Shown here: in pieces, positions 1-7,681 of the stretch
Numbering within the stretch: the first letter of the stretch is position 1
Layout of the letters: each line of letters opens with the position of its first letter
Source of the DNA: a bacterium
Lineage (GTDB): Bacteria > Patescibacteriota > Minisyncoccia > Minisyncoccales > CG1-02-41-26
Direction: 5' to 3'
DNA: 64,000 bases
Assembly: GCA_021162885.1 (NCBI GenBank)
Contig: JAGGXV010000022.1
Span: forward strand, 57,571 to 121,570
Program-made: the position numbers and the translations under genes
Notes under the pieces: generated by a model
Database searches by the model: none
What the model was told of the DNA's origin: nothing
The model's input: the letters and a program-made list of their open reading frames with translations, nothing else

Positions 1-382
1 TTTCTTCTTTTATCTTCTGGGCATCTTCTGGAGATACTTCTCTTTTTATTACCTCTCCCTTCTCAAATAAAGAAAGAATTTCTCCTTTTTTTTCAGATAA
101 AATATCCTCAAGAAATTCAGCGGTTTTTTCTTTTTCGGTTATTTTTTTAGGAAAGATGTAAACGATGTTTTTCTTTTTGGTCTGAGCTAAAGGTTCGGTT
201 CTTTGAGCAAAAAAAATTTCCCCTCGCTGACCGGGAATTTCCTTGAAAGACACCTGTTGGCCCAAAGCCAAAGCGCTATAAAAATCTCCTTTTTTTATTT
301 GTAAAGAATAAAGCCGAGAAAAAAGGAGAACAAAAGAACCAATAAAAAGGAAAAAAATAACATAGGTTTTCCAAACTTTCAT
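1..382 (-). pseudogene. ftsI: penicillin-binding protein 2 / FtsI, N-terminal portion running off the window, with an apparent frameshift in a homopolymer
   Basis: ATG at about 382 follows the ftsL stop by 16 nt. Product starts MKVWKTYVIFFLFIGSFVLLFSRLYSLQIKKGDFY (TM helix), then ...GQRGEIFF. Frame 0 hits TAA after 78 codons. The neighbouring frame after the A8/T8 run (about 207-216) reads AQRTEPLAQTKKKNIVYIFPKK... to the window edge and matches the PBP2 'RGxIxDRxGxPLA' region. Position matches the canonical mraZ-rsmH-ftsL-ftsI order. Confidence 0.5.
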
Positions 383-397
383 GCTAAAAATTTCTTC

Positions 398-772
398 TTA
401 ATGATTTTCCCTGGCCAAAAGGTCGTAAGATATGGAGATATATTTGATTTCAGAAATCGGAACAAAATTCAATTTCTGAACCTCTTTCTCAATGTTTTCC
501 AAAGAAAGCGTCTTTATTGCTTCGGTCACCAGCATCTCATTTTCTGAAGTAAGTTTTTCGAGATCGCGACTATAATTTTTAACTAAATAGTTTTCTTTGA
601 TCACCAGCCCCACCTGAAATAAATAGAAAGACAAAAGAGGAAGAATCAAGAACAAAACCATTATCAGAGTTAATTGTCGGAAATTCGCCTTCCAAACCTC
701 AATTAGATTTCCAATCTTGGCTAAAAAACTCAAATTTGGAGTAAGTGTTTGATGATTGGTACAGTTCATCAT
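398..772 (-). CDS. ftsL: FtsL/DivIC-like cell-division protein (single TM helix plus coiled coil)
   Basis: 124 aa; hydrophobic segment LTLIMVLFLILPLLSFYLF then heptad-like region. Lies between rsmH and ftsI in dcw cluster order; overlaps the rsmH stop by 4 nt. Confidence 0.45.
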   Translation of the reverse strand: MMNCTNHQTLTPNLSFLAKIGNLIEVWKANFRQLTLIMVLFLILPLLSFYLFQVGLVIKENYLVKNYSRDLEKLTSENEMLVTEAIKTLSLENIEKEVQKLNFVPISEIKYISISYDLLARENH

Positions 773-1650
773 AATAATATCTTGATGGCCCCCCTTAATT
801 TAGCCGATCTTGATCGAGGATTTTTTTGAACTTCTTTAATTGAGGGCCTAATTGGTTTTTTGGTTAAAATCTTCAGAAGACCTTTTTTACTGTTTTCTTT
901 AAAAAAGTTTTTGACAATTCTATCTTCCAAGGAGTGAAAAGAAATAACCACTATCCTCCCTTTTTTGTCTAAAACTTCCAGAGCTTGAGGCAGCGCTTTT
1001 TTAAAATTTTCCAACTCATCATTAACCACAATCCTCAAGGCCTGGAAGGTTTTTCTGCTAAAACGCTTGCTACCGATAATCTCTACTAACTGTCCCGTGC
1101 TCTCTATTGTTTTTTTCTTTCTGGTTTCAACGATTTTTCTGGTAATCCTTCTGGCAAATCTCTCTTCGCCATACTCTCGTAAAATCCTCTCAATTTCCTT
1201 TTCTGGCCATCTATTTACAATTTCTCCAGCCGTCAAATTTTTAATTTTTAATTTTTCATTTTTATTTTCTTTACGGTATCTCATATCAAGGGGCTCCTCT
1301 CTCTGGAAACTGAATCCTCTACCTGATTTTTCCAAATGCCAACTTGACAATCCTAGGTCAAATAAGATTCCATTAACCGGCCCAAAGTTATGTTCTCGAA
1401 CAATCTTTTTAAGATTCGTATAAGAATCGTTCACTAAAATCAACCTGTTTGAAAATTGAAAATTGAAAATTGAAAATTTTTTATAGAGTTCTGGGTCAAT
1501 CTCAATCCCTAAAACCTTACCTTTAGGAGCATTCTTTTCAAGAATTTCTTTACTATGACCCCCCAACCCAAAGGTAGCATCGATAAAATTCTCATTCGGC
1601 TTAACATCAAGATATTCTATAACTTCTTTTTGTAAAACTGGAATGTGCAT
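769..1650 (-). CDS. rsmH: 16S rRNA (cytosine1402-N4)-methyltransferase RsmH
   Basis: MHIPVLQKEVIEYLDVKPNENFIDATFGLGGHSKEIL... is a typical RsmH N-terminus with the SAM-binding motif. The track ORF extends to 1794 through the GC-rich element; the likely true start is the ATG at 1650. Contains an in-frame (GAAAATT)x4 insert encoding FSIFNFQFS at 1447-1476. Confidence 0.85.
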   Translation of the reverse strand: MHIPVLQKEVIEYLDVKPNENFIDATFGLGGHSKEILEKNAPKGKVLGIEIDPELYKKFSIFNFQFSNRLILVNDSYTNLKKIVREHNFGPVNGILFDLGLSSWHLEKSGRGFSFQREEPLDMRYRKENKNEKLKIKNLTAGEIVNRWPEKEIERILREYGEERFARRITRKIVETRKKKTIESTGQLVEIIGSKRFSRKTFQALRIVVNDELENFKKALPQALEVLDKKGRIVVISFHSLEDRIVKNFFKENSKKGLLKILTKKPIRPSIKEVQKNPRSRSAKLRGAIKILL

Positions 1651-1689
1651 AACTCCACGAATTACGAATTTATATGAATAAATATACGA

Positions 1690-1850
1690 ATGGCTTCTGA
1701 GGGCGAGGCAGGCCTGCTGACCATCGACCTCTCGGAGGCCTGCTGGCTTGGTCCCCGCTGAAAGCGGGGCAGCAGGCCGAGAGTGGAGCGGCAATTTTTC
1801 GCTGGAAAAAATTGACCGCGTCCGATAGGCAGTAGGGCCCTGCCGAGCCC
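1690..1850. repeat. GC-rich MITE-like structured element, copy E1 (homologous to 60684-60812)
   Basis: About 160 nt at roughly 65% GC in a 30% GC genome. Begins gaatggcttctgagggcgaggcagg and ends ctgccgagcccttcttac (terminal inverted repeat). Internal hairpins include ctcggaggcctgctgg...ccccgctgaaagcgggg...cagcaggccgagag. Sits between mraZ and rsmH. Confidence 0.5.
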
Positions 1851-1853
1851 TTC

Positions 1854-2285
1854 TTACACTCCCAGTTCTTTCAACCTTTCAGCGATATCTCCTGCTTCTT
1901 TCTCGGTTTTTTGTTTGTAAAAGTTCCAGTTCTTCTCATCCCAAATCTCAATCCGATTATAAAGACCAGCAATAACTACTTTTTTTGAAAGATGAGCATA
2001 TTTTTTTAAATAATCAGGAATTAAAATCCTTCCTAATCTATCTAAATTAACTTCCATGGCGCCTGCCAGCATTATTCTGACAAATCCCCTGGCATCAGCT
2101 TGAGACAATGGCAATTGGGATAACTTTTTAGCCAACTTCTCCCACTCCCTAACTGGATACAAAAATAAACAGTTGTCCAGCCCTCGAGTAACAATCGCTT
2201 TTTTACCCAAAAGCTGTCTAAATTTAGCTGGAATCGCCAACCGCTTTTTATCATCAATTGTATATGTGTATTCCCCTAAAAACAT
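1854..2285 (-). CDS. mraZ: division/cell-wall cluster transcriptional regulator MraZ
   Basis: 143 aa, MFLGEYTYTIDDKKRLAIPAKFRQLL... with the duplicated MraZ domain pattern. First gene of the dcw cluster. Confidence 0.85.
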   Translation of the reverse strand: MFLGEYTYTIDDKKRLAIPAKFRQLLGKKAIVTRGLDNCLFLYPVREWEKLAKKLSQLPLSQADARGFVRIMLAGAMEVNLDRLGRILIPDYLKKYAHLSKKVVIAGLYNRIEIWDEKNWNFYKQKTEKEAGDIAERLKELGV

Positions 2286-2289
2286 AAAT

Positions 2290-2480
2290 TTTAGTTATCC
2301 ACAATTCTGCCTAGTTATCCCCACATTTATCCACAATTTCCCATCTGTTTCCATTTTCTCTCCATTTTGAACCAAAGTCAATCACTTCTCTACACTTTTT
2401 AAAACCCTTATTTTTATTGAAAAATCAAGAAAAATTCTATTTTATGGATTATTTTTCCACAGATTTTCCACAATTGGCTA
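2290..2480. promoter_or_regulatory. cluster of TTATCCACA / TTATCCCCACA / TTTTCCACA boxes (DnaA-box consensus; alternatively MraZ GTGG direct-repeat operator) upstream of mraZ
   Basis: Perfect TTATCCACA at about 2295 and 2328. TTATCCCCACA at 2315. Two TTTTCCACA 11 bp apart at about 2453-2475. All within the mraZ upstream region. Confidence 0.4.
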
Positions 2481-2506
2481 GAAACAAAAAACCACCTCTT
2501 AAAAGG
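2477..2506 (-). terminator. rho-independent terminator after the surface-protein gene
   Basis: Minus strand reads ccaccttttaagaggtgg (hairpin) followed by TTTTTTG. Confidence 0.4.
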
Positions 2507-2649
2507 TGGCGGATTCTTTCAAAGATAACTAAGAGGCCAAGAGCACTTGCTGAAGGGAATATTTAAGTAAGGACGAGGGTGACTGCAAGGCAGCTTACCC
2601 GAGCCCCCCCTTTTTTTTGCTCCCTGAAGCAAATTGCCCGAGCCTCTAA

Positions 2650-4761
2650 TTACTCTTTGAAATATCCTTGAGTTTTGAGTTGAGAAATTTTTCTTTTCAA
2701 ATTCTTTTTTGCTCGGTATTCAGCTATTTCTCTTTTTCTTTTTTCTGTCCATTTATCTAAGGCAATAAATTTCGATTTGAGAATCCAAACTACAGCAAAT
2801 GCTATTCCCAAAGGAAATAAAACGGAATCTAAAATTCTATTGGTAATACCGGTGGGAACTTCAGTAATAATTCCAGCCACCGCTTTTCTTCGAACCCTAA
2901 CTTTACAGCTATCAGTATCGGAAGTTTCCTCGTTATAAGCTCGGGCAGTGTTGATTAGCTCAGTTTGGCCGTAGCCAAATTTTCTTTCAGAAGCGACTTT
3001 TGCTCGAAAGATAATTGTCTTTGACTTTCCCGGCGACAAATCTCCTATATTAATAGCGGTTTTGGTTATATTTTTGGTTTCAGGAACATTATCTATTTCT
3101 AAATTACCTTGATAGATTATTTTTGATGGCAAATCATCTTTTACCTTTACATTTTGAACCACCGCATCACCAGTTGATTTGACTACTATCTTAAAAAGCA
3201 ATTCATCTCCAGGGTTAGCACTTCTGTAGATGTTATACCATTTGCTATCTCCCCGAGACAGATTCTTGACTGATTTTGCAACACTTAACTCTCCTTCACC
3301 TAAACTTTTTACCCTTAAACTCCATTGACAATTTTTATTAGAAGAATCTCCATCAAGCCCGATGACGATATCTGAAGAAGGGGTTCCTTGCCAAGTTTTT
3401 GTCCAATAGTTATTTTCTCTAGAATATATTTTACTGCAGCCAGAACTGTAAATAACCAAATCATTTACATTACAACCTGCTCCTGACCAACTCAATTCAA
3501 CTTTAATTTTTTTACCAGCAGATTCTCGAACTTTGTAATATTTCCAATCGCCATTGTTCAAACAACCATCTCTTGAGTCGCCAATATACATATAACCATC
3601 AGGATTGGAACAGCTTGAAGTGCTTTTTGAACAAACTTCCTCCTCTTCTTGGTTAAGCACTAAAACTTGCATGCTATCAGAATCACTAAGCCCTTTATCG
3701 TCAGTAACAGTTAAGGTACAAGTGTAGGTTCTGTCATAACTGACTTCTGGTGCCGTGAAACTTGGTTGAGCAATATATCTGTTGGAAATATAACCTCCGG
3801 TACAGGACCATCGATAGCTTATTGGGTCTCCGTCAGGATCAGAGCCAGAGCCTTCTAAAGTTATTGAGTGGCTTTCGTAAACCTCTTTATCGGGCCCTGC
3901 AAAAGCCGTCGGTGAGTGATTGATATTATCCACTTTGGTAGTTACGATATTGCTTTCCAATGGCTCTGTTTCAGAGCTATCAATAACCGCTTTGTTGTAA
4001 ATGTAAGTTGTGCCAACCGGAAGACCATCTTTAATTCTAACTTTAAATATCTTAGTGCTCGAATCGCCTGCCTCTAAAGTCCCAATATTCCAGCTGATTT
4101 TTCCCCCAGAAACACTGCCTCCATCATTATCGTAAATATCAAGATAATTCTCGTCGTAATCATCGGATATTACTACCCCAGTGGCTGCGGCTTTCCCAGA
4201 ATTTTTGTAAGATAAAATATAACTTAATATTTCACCTGGTTGAGCCGTACTTTTATCAACCGATTTGCTTATTGAGAGTTCTGGAGTAAAAATTTCTTTA
4301 AGAGAAAAAGTTGCTGATATGTTGCGCACGCTATTTGCTTGGCCCGGCCAGTCATGGGTGTTCCAGCGATGGTCAACTCTAAGTGTATGCACCCCAGCAC
4401 TAAGGTCTCTTTCTCCTAAATTCTCATTTATATAACAATCTGTTCCGCAATCATGTGTTGTGCCAATATATTCTCCGTCAACAAAAAATTTAACTTGTTC
4501 GTGCTTTTGTATCTCGGGGCCATTGCAGTAAGCGTTAAGATAGAGGTCGTATTTTCCCCCATAAGGTAAATTAATGGTGGTTGTTCGCGAATGGATTGGA
4601 TGGTAATCGTCCCAAGCGCAAACTCCTCCTCCAAAATCTGCTGTGTATTCAGCAATATAGCTCTGAGCAAAAGCAAAATTTAAAGGCAAAACTATCCCTA
4701 TTAGAACTAAAGATAACATTTTGCTAGAGATTATTAGTTTGTTTTTGTTTTCGTCAGTCAT
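2650..4761 (-). CDS. large secreted cell-surface protein with DUF11/CARDB-like repeats and a PKD domain, C-terminal TM anchor and charged tail
   Basis: 703 aa. N-terminal signal/TM (LSLVLIGIVLPLNFAFA). PKD-like PDGDPISYRWSCTGG. C-terminus ...EVPTGITNRILDSVLFPLGIAFAVVWIL then KSKF...KRKREIAEYRAKK (sorting-signal-like). Confidence 0.6.
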   Translation of the reverse strand: MTDENKNKLIISSKMLSLVLIGIVLPLNFAFAQSYIAEYTADFGGGVCAWDDYHPIHSRTTTINLPYGGKYDLYLNAYCNGPEIQKHEQVKFFVDGEYIGTTHDCGTDCYINENLGERDLSAGVHTLRVDHRWNTHDWPGQANSVRNISATFSLKEIFTPELSISKSVDKSTAQPGEILSYILSYKNSGKAAATGVVISDDYDENYLDIYDNDGGSVSGGKISWNIGTLEAGDSSTKIFKVRIKDGLPVGTTYIYNKAVIDSSETEPLESNIVTTKVDNINHSPTAFAGPDKEVYESHSITLEGSGSDPDGDPISYRWSCTGGYISNRYIAQPSFTAPEVSYDRTYTCTLTVTDDKGLSDSDSMQVLVLNQEEEEVCSKSTSSCSNPDGYMYIGDSRDGCLNNGDWKYYKVRESAGKKIKVELSWSGAGCNVNDLVIYSSGCSKIYSRENNYWTKTWQGTPSSDIVIGLDGDSSNKNCQWSLRVKSLGEGELSVAKSVKNLSRGDSKWYNIYRSANPGDELLFKIVVKSTGDAVVQNVKVKDDLPSKIIYQGNLEIDNVPETKNITKTAINIGDLSPGKSKTIIFRAKVASERKFGYGQTELINTARAYNEETSDTDSCKVRVRRKAVAGIITEVPTGITNRILDSVLFPLGIAFAVVWILKSKFIALDKWTEKRKREIAEYRAKKNLKRKISQLKTQGYFKE

Positions 4762-4816
4762 AAATTTTATGATTAAATTTTATCACTTATTATATTCTTT
4801 GTCAAGAGGAGAGTTA

Positions 4817-5428
4817 CTAAATGGGTTTTGCTAAAATAGCCAATCTTTTGAAATCTTTTCCCGGTGGCCAACATGTTATAAGCACTAATTGGGAATTATC
4901 TTTATTGTTTTCTGACAAGAAGTTTTGACCATTTTGGGGATAAAAAATATTTTTATCATAAACTTGATAAACATACTTGCGATTCCTGTAATAAATAATA
5001 ATTTCATCTCCCTTTTGTAATTCATCTAAACGACTGAAAACATCGTCATAATTTATCTTTGGCCAGTTAGGAGGCGCGCTGTGGCCAAAAATTAATGTCC
5101 TGCCATGCTCGTTTGGCAAAGAATAATCTGGATGTAGCAAAACTCCTTTTTTTAAGGCATTTTTAAAATCTTTTTCATTGTTGCTTTCAGTAAAAATAAT
5201 TGGAGCTTCAATTCCAATTTTAGGAATCTCAATAGAGTTTTCTTTATCAAAATAACTCTCTTTTCTTAACTTCTCCTCGGATTTGTCTTTTTGGAAAAAA
5301 TCAGAGACCTGAGCAGAAATAACTCTATAATTAAAAATCCAGGAAATATCGTTCCAGTTTACAATCAAAAAACTTACCAGAAATATAGAAATAAAAAACT
5401 TGTAAAGATGTTTGATATCCTCTTTCAT
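4817..5428 (-). CDS. sortase-family transpeptidase
   Basis: 203 aa with N-terminal TM. His motif TLIFGHSAPP, catalytic Cys motif LVLITCWPPG (TLxTC), downstream Arg (KDFKRLAIL). Adjacent to the candidate substrate. Confidence 0.55.
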   Translation of the reverse strand: MKEDIKHLYKFFISIFLVSFLIVNWNDISWIFNYRVISAQVSDFFQKDKSEEKLRKESYFDKENSIEIPKIGIEAPIIFTESNNEKDFKNALKKGVLLHPDYSLPNEHGRTLIFGHSAPPNWPKINYDDVFSRLDELQKGDEIIIYYRNRKYVYQVYDKNIFYPQNGQNFLSENNKDNSQLVLITCWPPGKDFKRLAILAKPI

Positions 5429-5433
5429 ACCTT

Positions 5434-6402
5434 TTAATAAATACCTAAGTTATGCGGAATGAATTGAATTACAAAATCTTTGCTTATGAAGATGAACAAA
5501 ACCAATATGGCTCCAATGAGAACTGTTTTTAAAATTAAATCTTTATGTTGAATGTCAAACCTGACAAAAACATTTAAAAATAAAGCAGAAACAATAAAAA
5601 TCAATGAATAGGATATAATTTTGTGCAATAAATTATTATATTTTTTTGTCATAAATTTCAAAAAATTAAAGAAAGTGCTGGTTTCTCCTTTAACTTCTTC
5701 TTGAATATCTCCTTGTTTTTGTCTTTGTTCCGATTTTTGCTCTGGTTCTGTTTCTGGAGCTGAGACGGGAGCTGTTTCGACAACTCCTTCAACCCTCTTT
5801 TTTTTCGGTTCAACAAGTGATTGTTGGGGCGAACCAAAAAGCTGAACAACCACTGTCGCTTCGTTTCCTTTAAAATTTCCCTTTAAAATAGCAATTCCAA
5901 TATCTTGGTATTTCGGATTTAAGAGATTTGCTCTATGAGAAGGAGAATTGTCCCAGGCTCGATAGATTTCTTCTGAATCCAGAAATCCTATACCTAAATT
6001 CTCCCCTGCTACTTGATAATTATAATTTGCCTTTCGGAACCAGTACCAGGGAGTTGTTCCATCGGGACTTTGGTGACTAAAATAACCTTTATTGAGCATA
6101 TCTTGAGCTTTAAGCTGAGCTGCTTTATTTAATAGCGGGTTTTCTCTCAGTGGGTTAAGGCCTAAATCCTTCCTTTGTTGATTAGTCAGTTCAATTAAAG
6201 TAATTCTTGAAATCTCAGCGAAAAAGGGTGTGTTTGGAAAATAAAACAGAAAAGAAATAAAAACAAACTTTAAAAGAACTACAACCAAAAGATAATAAAA
6301 TAAAAATTTGCTCTCTAAAAACTTCGGCCGATAACTATTTTCCTCACAGGGAACAAATATTATTTTTAGTTTTACAGCAATCTTTTTGAACTTCGATTTC
6401 AT
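5434..6402 (-). CDS. CAP/SCP/PR-1-like domain protein (YkwD-like), membrane anchored
   Basis: 322 aa. NQQRKDLGLNPLRENPLLNKAAQLKAQDMLNKGYFSHQSPDGTTPWYWF...GENLGIGF...NSPSHRANLLNPKYQDIGIAI matches the CAP domain. N- and C-terminal hydrophobic segments. Confidence 0.6.
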   Translation of the reverse strand: MKSKFKKIAVKLKIIFVPCEENSYRPKFLESKFLFYYLLVVVLLKFVFISFLFYFPNTPFFAEISRITLIELTNQQRKDLGLNPLRENPLLNKAAQLKAQDMLNKGYFSHQSPDGTTPWYWFRKANYNYQVAGENLGIGFLDSEEIYRAWDNSPSHRANLLNPKYQDIGIAILKGNFKGNEATVVVQLFGSPQQSLVEPKKKRVEGVVETAPVSAPETEPEQKSEQRQKQGDIQEEVKGETSTFFNFLKFMTKKYNNLLHKIISYSLIFIVSALFLNVFVRFDIQHKDLILKTVLIGAILVLFIFISKDFVIQFIPHNLGIY

Positions 6403-6509
6403 ATTAATACCTCTATTAATATTATACTAATATTTTTAATAAAAGTCAACCTCCAAAATTTACTGGAGGTTGATAACTTTTTACCGCTAAAAAGAGTTTC
6501 TAAATTAAC

Positions 6510-7673
6510 TTATTCTTCAGGAAAACTCTCTAATAATTTCTTAAGTTCTTCCATTTCTTCTGGAGAAGGAAGTTGTTCGGAAGGATTTTTTTCCGGGGTT
6601 GAGGAAAAAAGTCCAGAACTCTGAAGCGATGATTCTTGAGGAGAAAATCCAAATACTCCCGAGGGTAAAATTTCCTCCAAGGGTTTGAACTCTCCAGGAG
6701 CTTCAATTTTTAACTCTTGATTGAAATCGGAAAATTTAAAATCAATCGCCATTTTTATTTTTGCTTGCTCCGCTTCAGTCTCTTGGAATTGCTCAAACTG
6801 ACTTAAATTTATTTCTTTTTCTCCTTTAATTCTTCTTAACCAACTATTCCTACTTATCCAAACCTCAAAAGTTATCGGTCCAACTTTACTGAAAAACTTC
6901 TCAAAATTTTGAGGCAAACTAACCATTGCTTCTTTCAATTTTTCTTCGTAACTGACTTTCTCTTCCTCGGGCAGATACTTTTTAAGTCTTGGTAAGAACT
7001 CCAAAATCACCTCTTTAACTTCTTCTTTTTTCAAACTAACCAAAAGGTGGTTAACTTTAACTCCATCAATTTCTTCTGTGCCAAAATCTTTTTCAATTTT
7101 GAAAAACTTTCTTCCTTTCAAAGCCTCAACAAACTCTTCAACCATTTCTTTTGTTTTCTCTTTATCGGTAGATTGAGTGGTGGTTGGAATTTTACCTTGT
7201 AATCTTTGGGTTAGCGATTCTTTACTGATTTTGAACCATTGATTTTTAAATTCTTCCAAACCTTGAGCCAGAAAAGGAATAGTTGGTAAGCGGTTAAAAA
7301 CGAAATAGAGGTCTCCCTCAATAGTTCTCAACTCGCCAGCAAAACAAAACTCTATCCCTTCACTTCCCAAAGTTATTTCAAAATCAGAAGAACTTTTCGC
7401 ATTTTTAATATCTAAATTGTTCAAAAAATCAGCAGAAATCTGAAAACTCTCGGTTCTTTCTTCCCCAACTTCCTCAATAGTAAAGTCAATATCTCCCTCA
7501 GTTTTCAAACTCTCCAATTTTATCATTTCAGCCATTGCTCTCTCAACCATTTCTTCTCGAGAAGAAACAAAAGGATTCCAGAGAGGGTTCCAAAGTTGAG
7601 TATAAAGAGCCAGCAATGTTCCCCCAATCGCCACCACGATAACTATTGGTATTAAAATTTTAAGTTTTGGCAT
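6510..7673 (-). CDS. hypothetical secreted/membrane protein, acidic
   Basis: 387 aa, N-terminal TM (ILIPIVIVVAIGGTLLALY). No recognisable domain. Confidence 0.4.
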   Translation of the reverse strand: MPKLKILIPIVIVVAIGGTLLALYTQLWNPLWNPFVSSREEMVERAMAEMIKLESLKTEGDIDFTIEEVGEERTESFQISADFLNNLDIKNAKSSSDFEITLGSEGIEFCFAGELRTIEGDLYFVFNRLPTIPFLAQGLEEFKNQWFKISKESLTQRLQGKIPTTTQSTDKEKTKEMVEEFVEALKGRKFFKIEKDFGTEEIDGVKVNHLLVSLKKEEVKEVILEFLPRLKKYLPEEEKVSYEEKLKEAMVSLPQNFEKFFSKVGPITFEVWISRNSWLRRIKGEKEINLSQFEQFQETEAEQAKIKMAIDFKFSDFNQELKIEAPGEFKPLEEILPSGVFGFSPQESSLQSSGLFSSTPEKNPSEQLPSPEEMEELKKLLESFPEE

Positions 7674-7681
7674 TTCTCTTA

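Noticed and set aside
1067-1423. ORF 1067-1423(+) antisense within rsmH, and other short antisense ORFs (8052-8339, 9729-10202, 36327-36569, 40300-40773, etc.)
   Set aside because: They lie fully inside well-supported genes on the opposite strand.
1651-1794. N-terminal extension of rsmH (MPLHSRPAAPLSAGTKPAG...)
   Set aside because: Translation of the GC-rich MITE-like element; the conserved RsmH N-terminus starts at the ATG at 1650.
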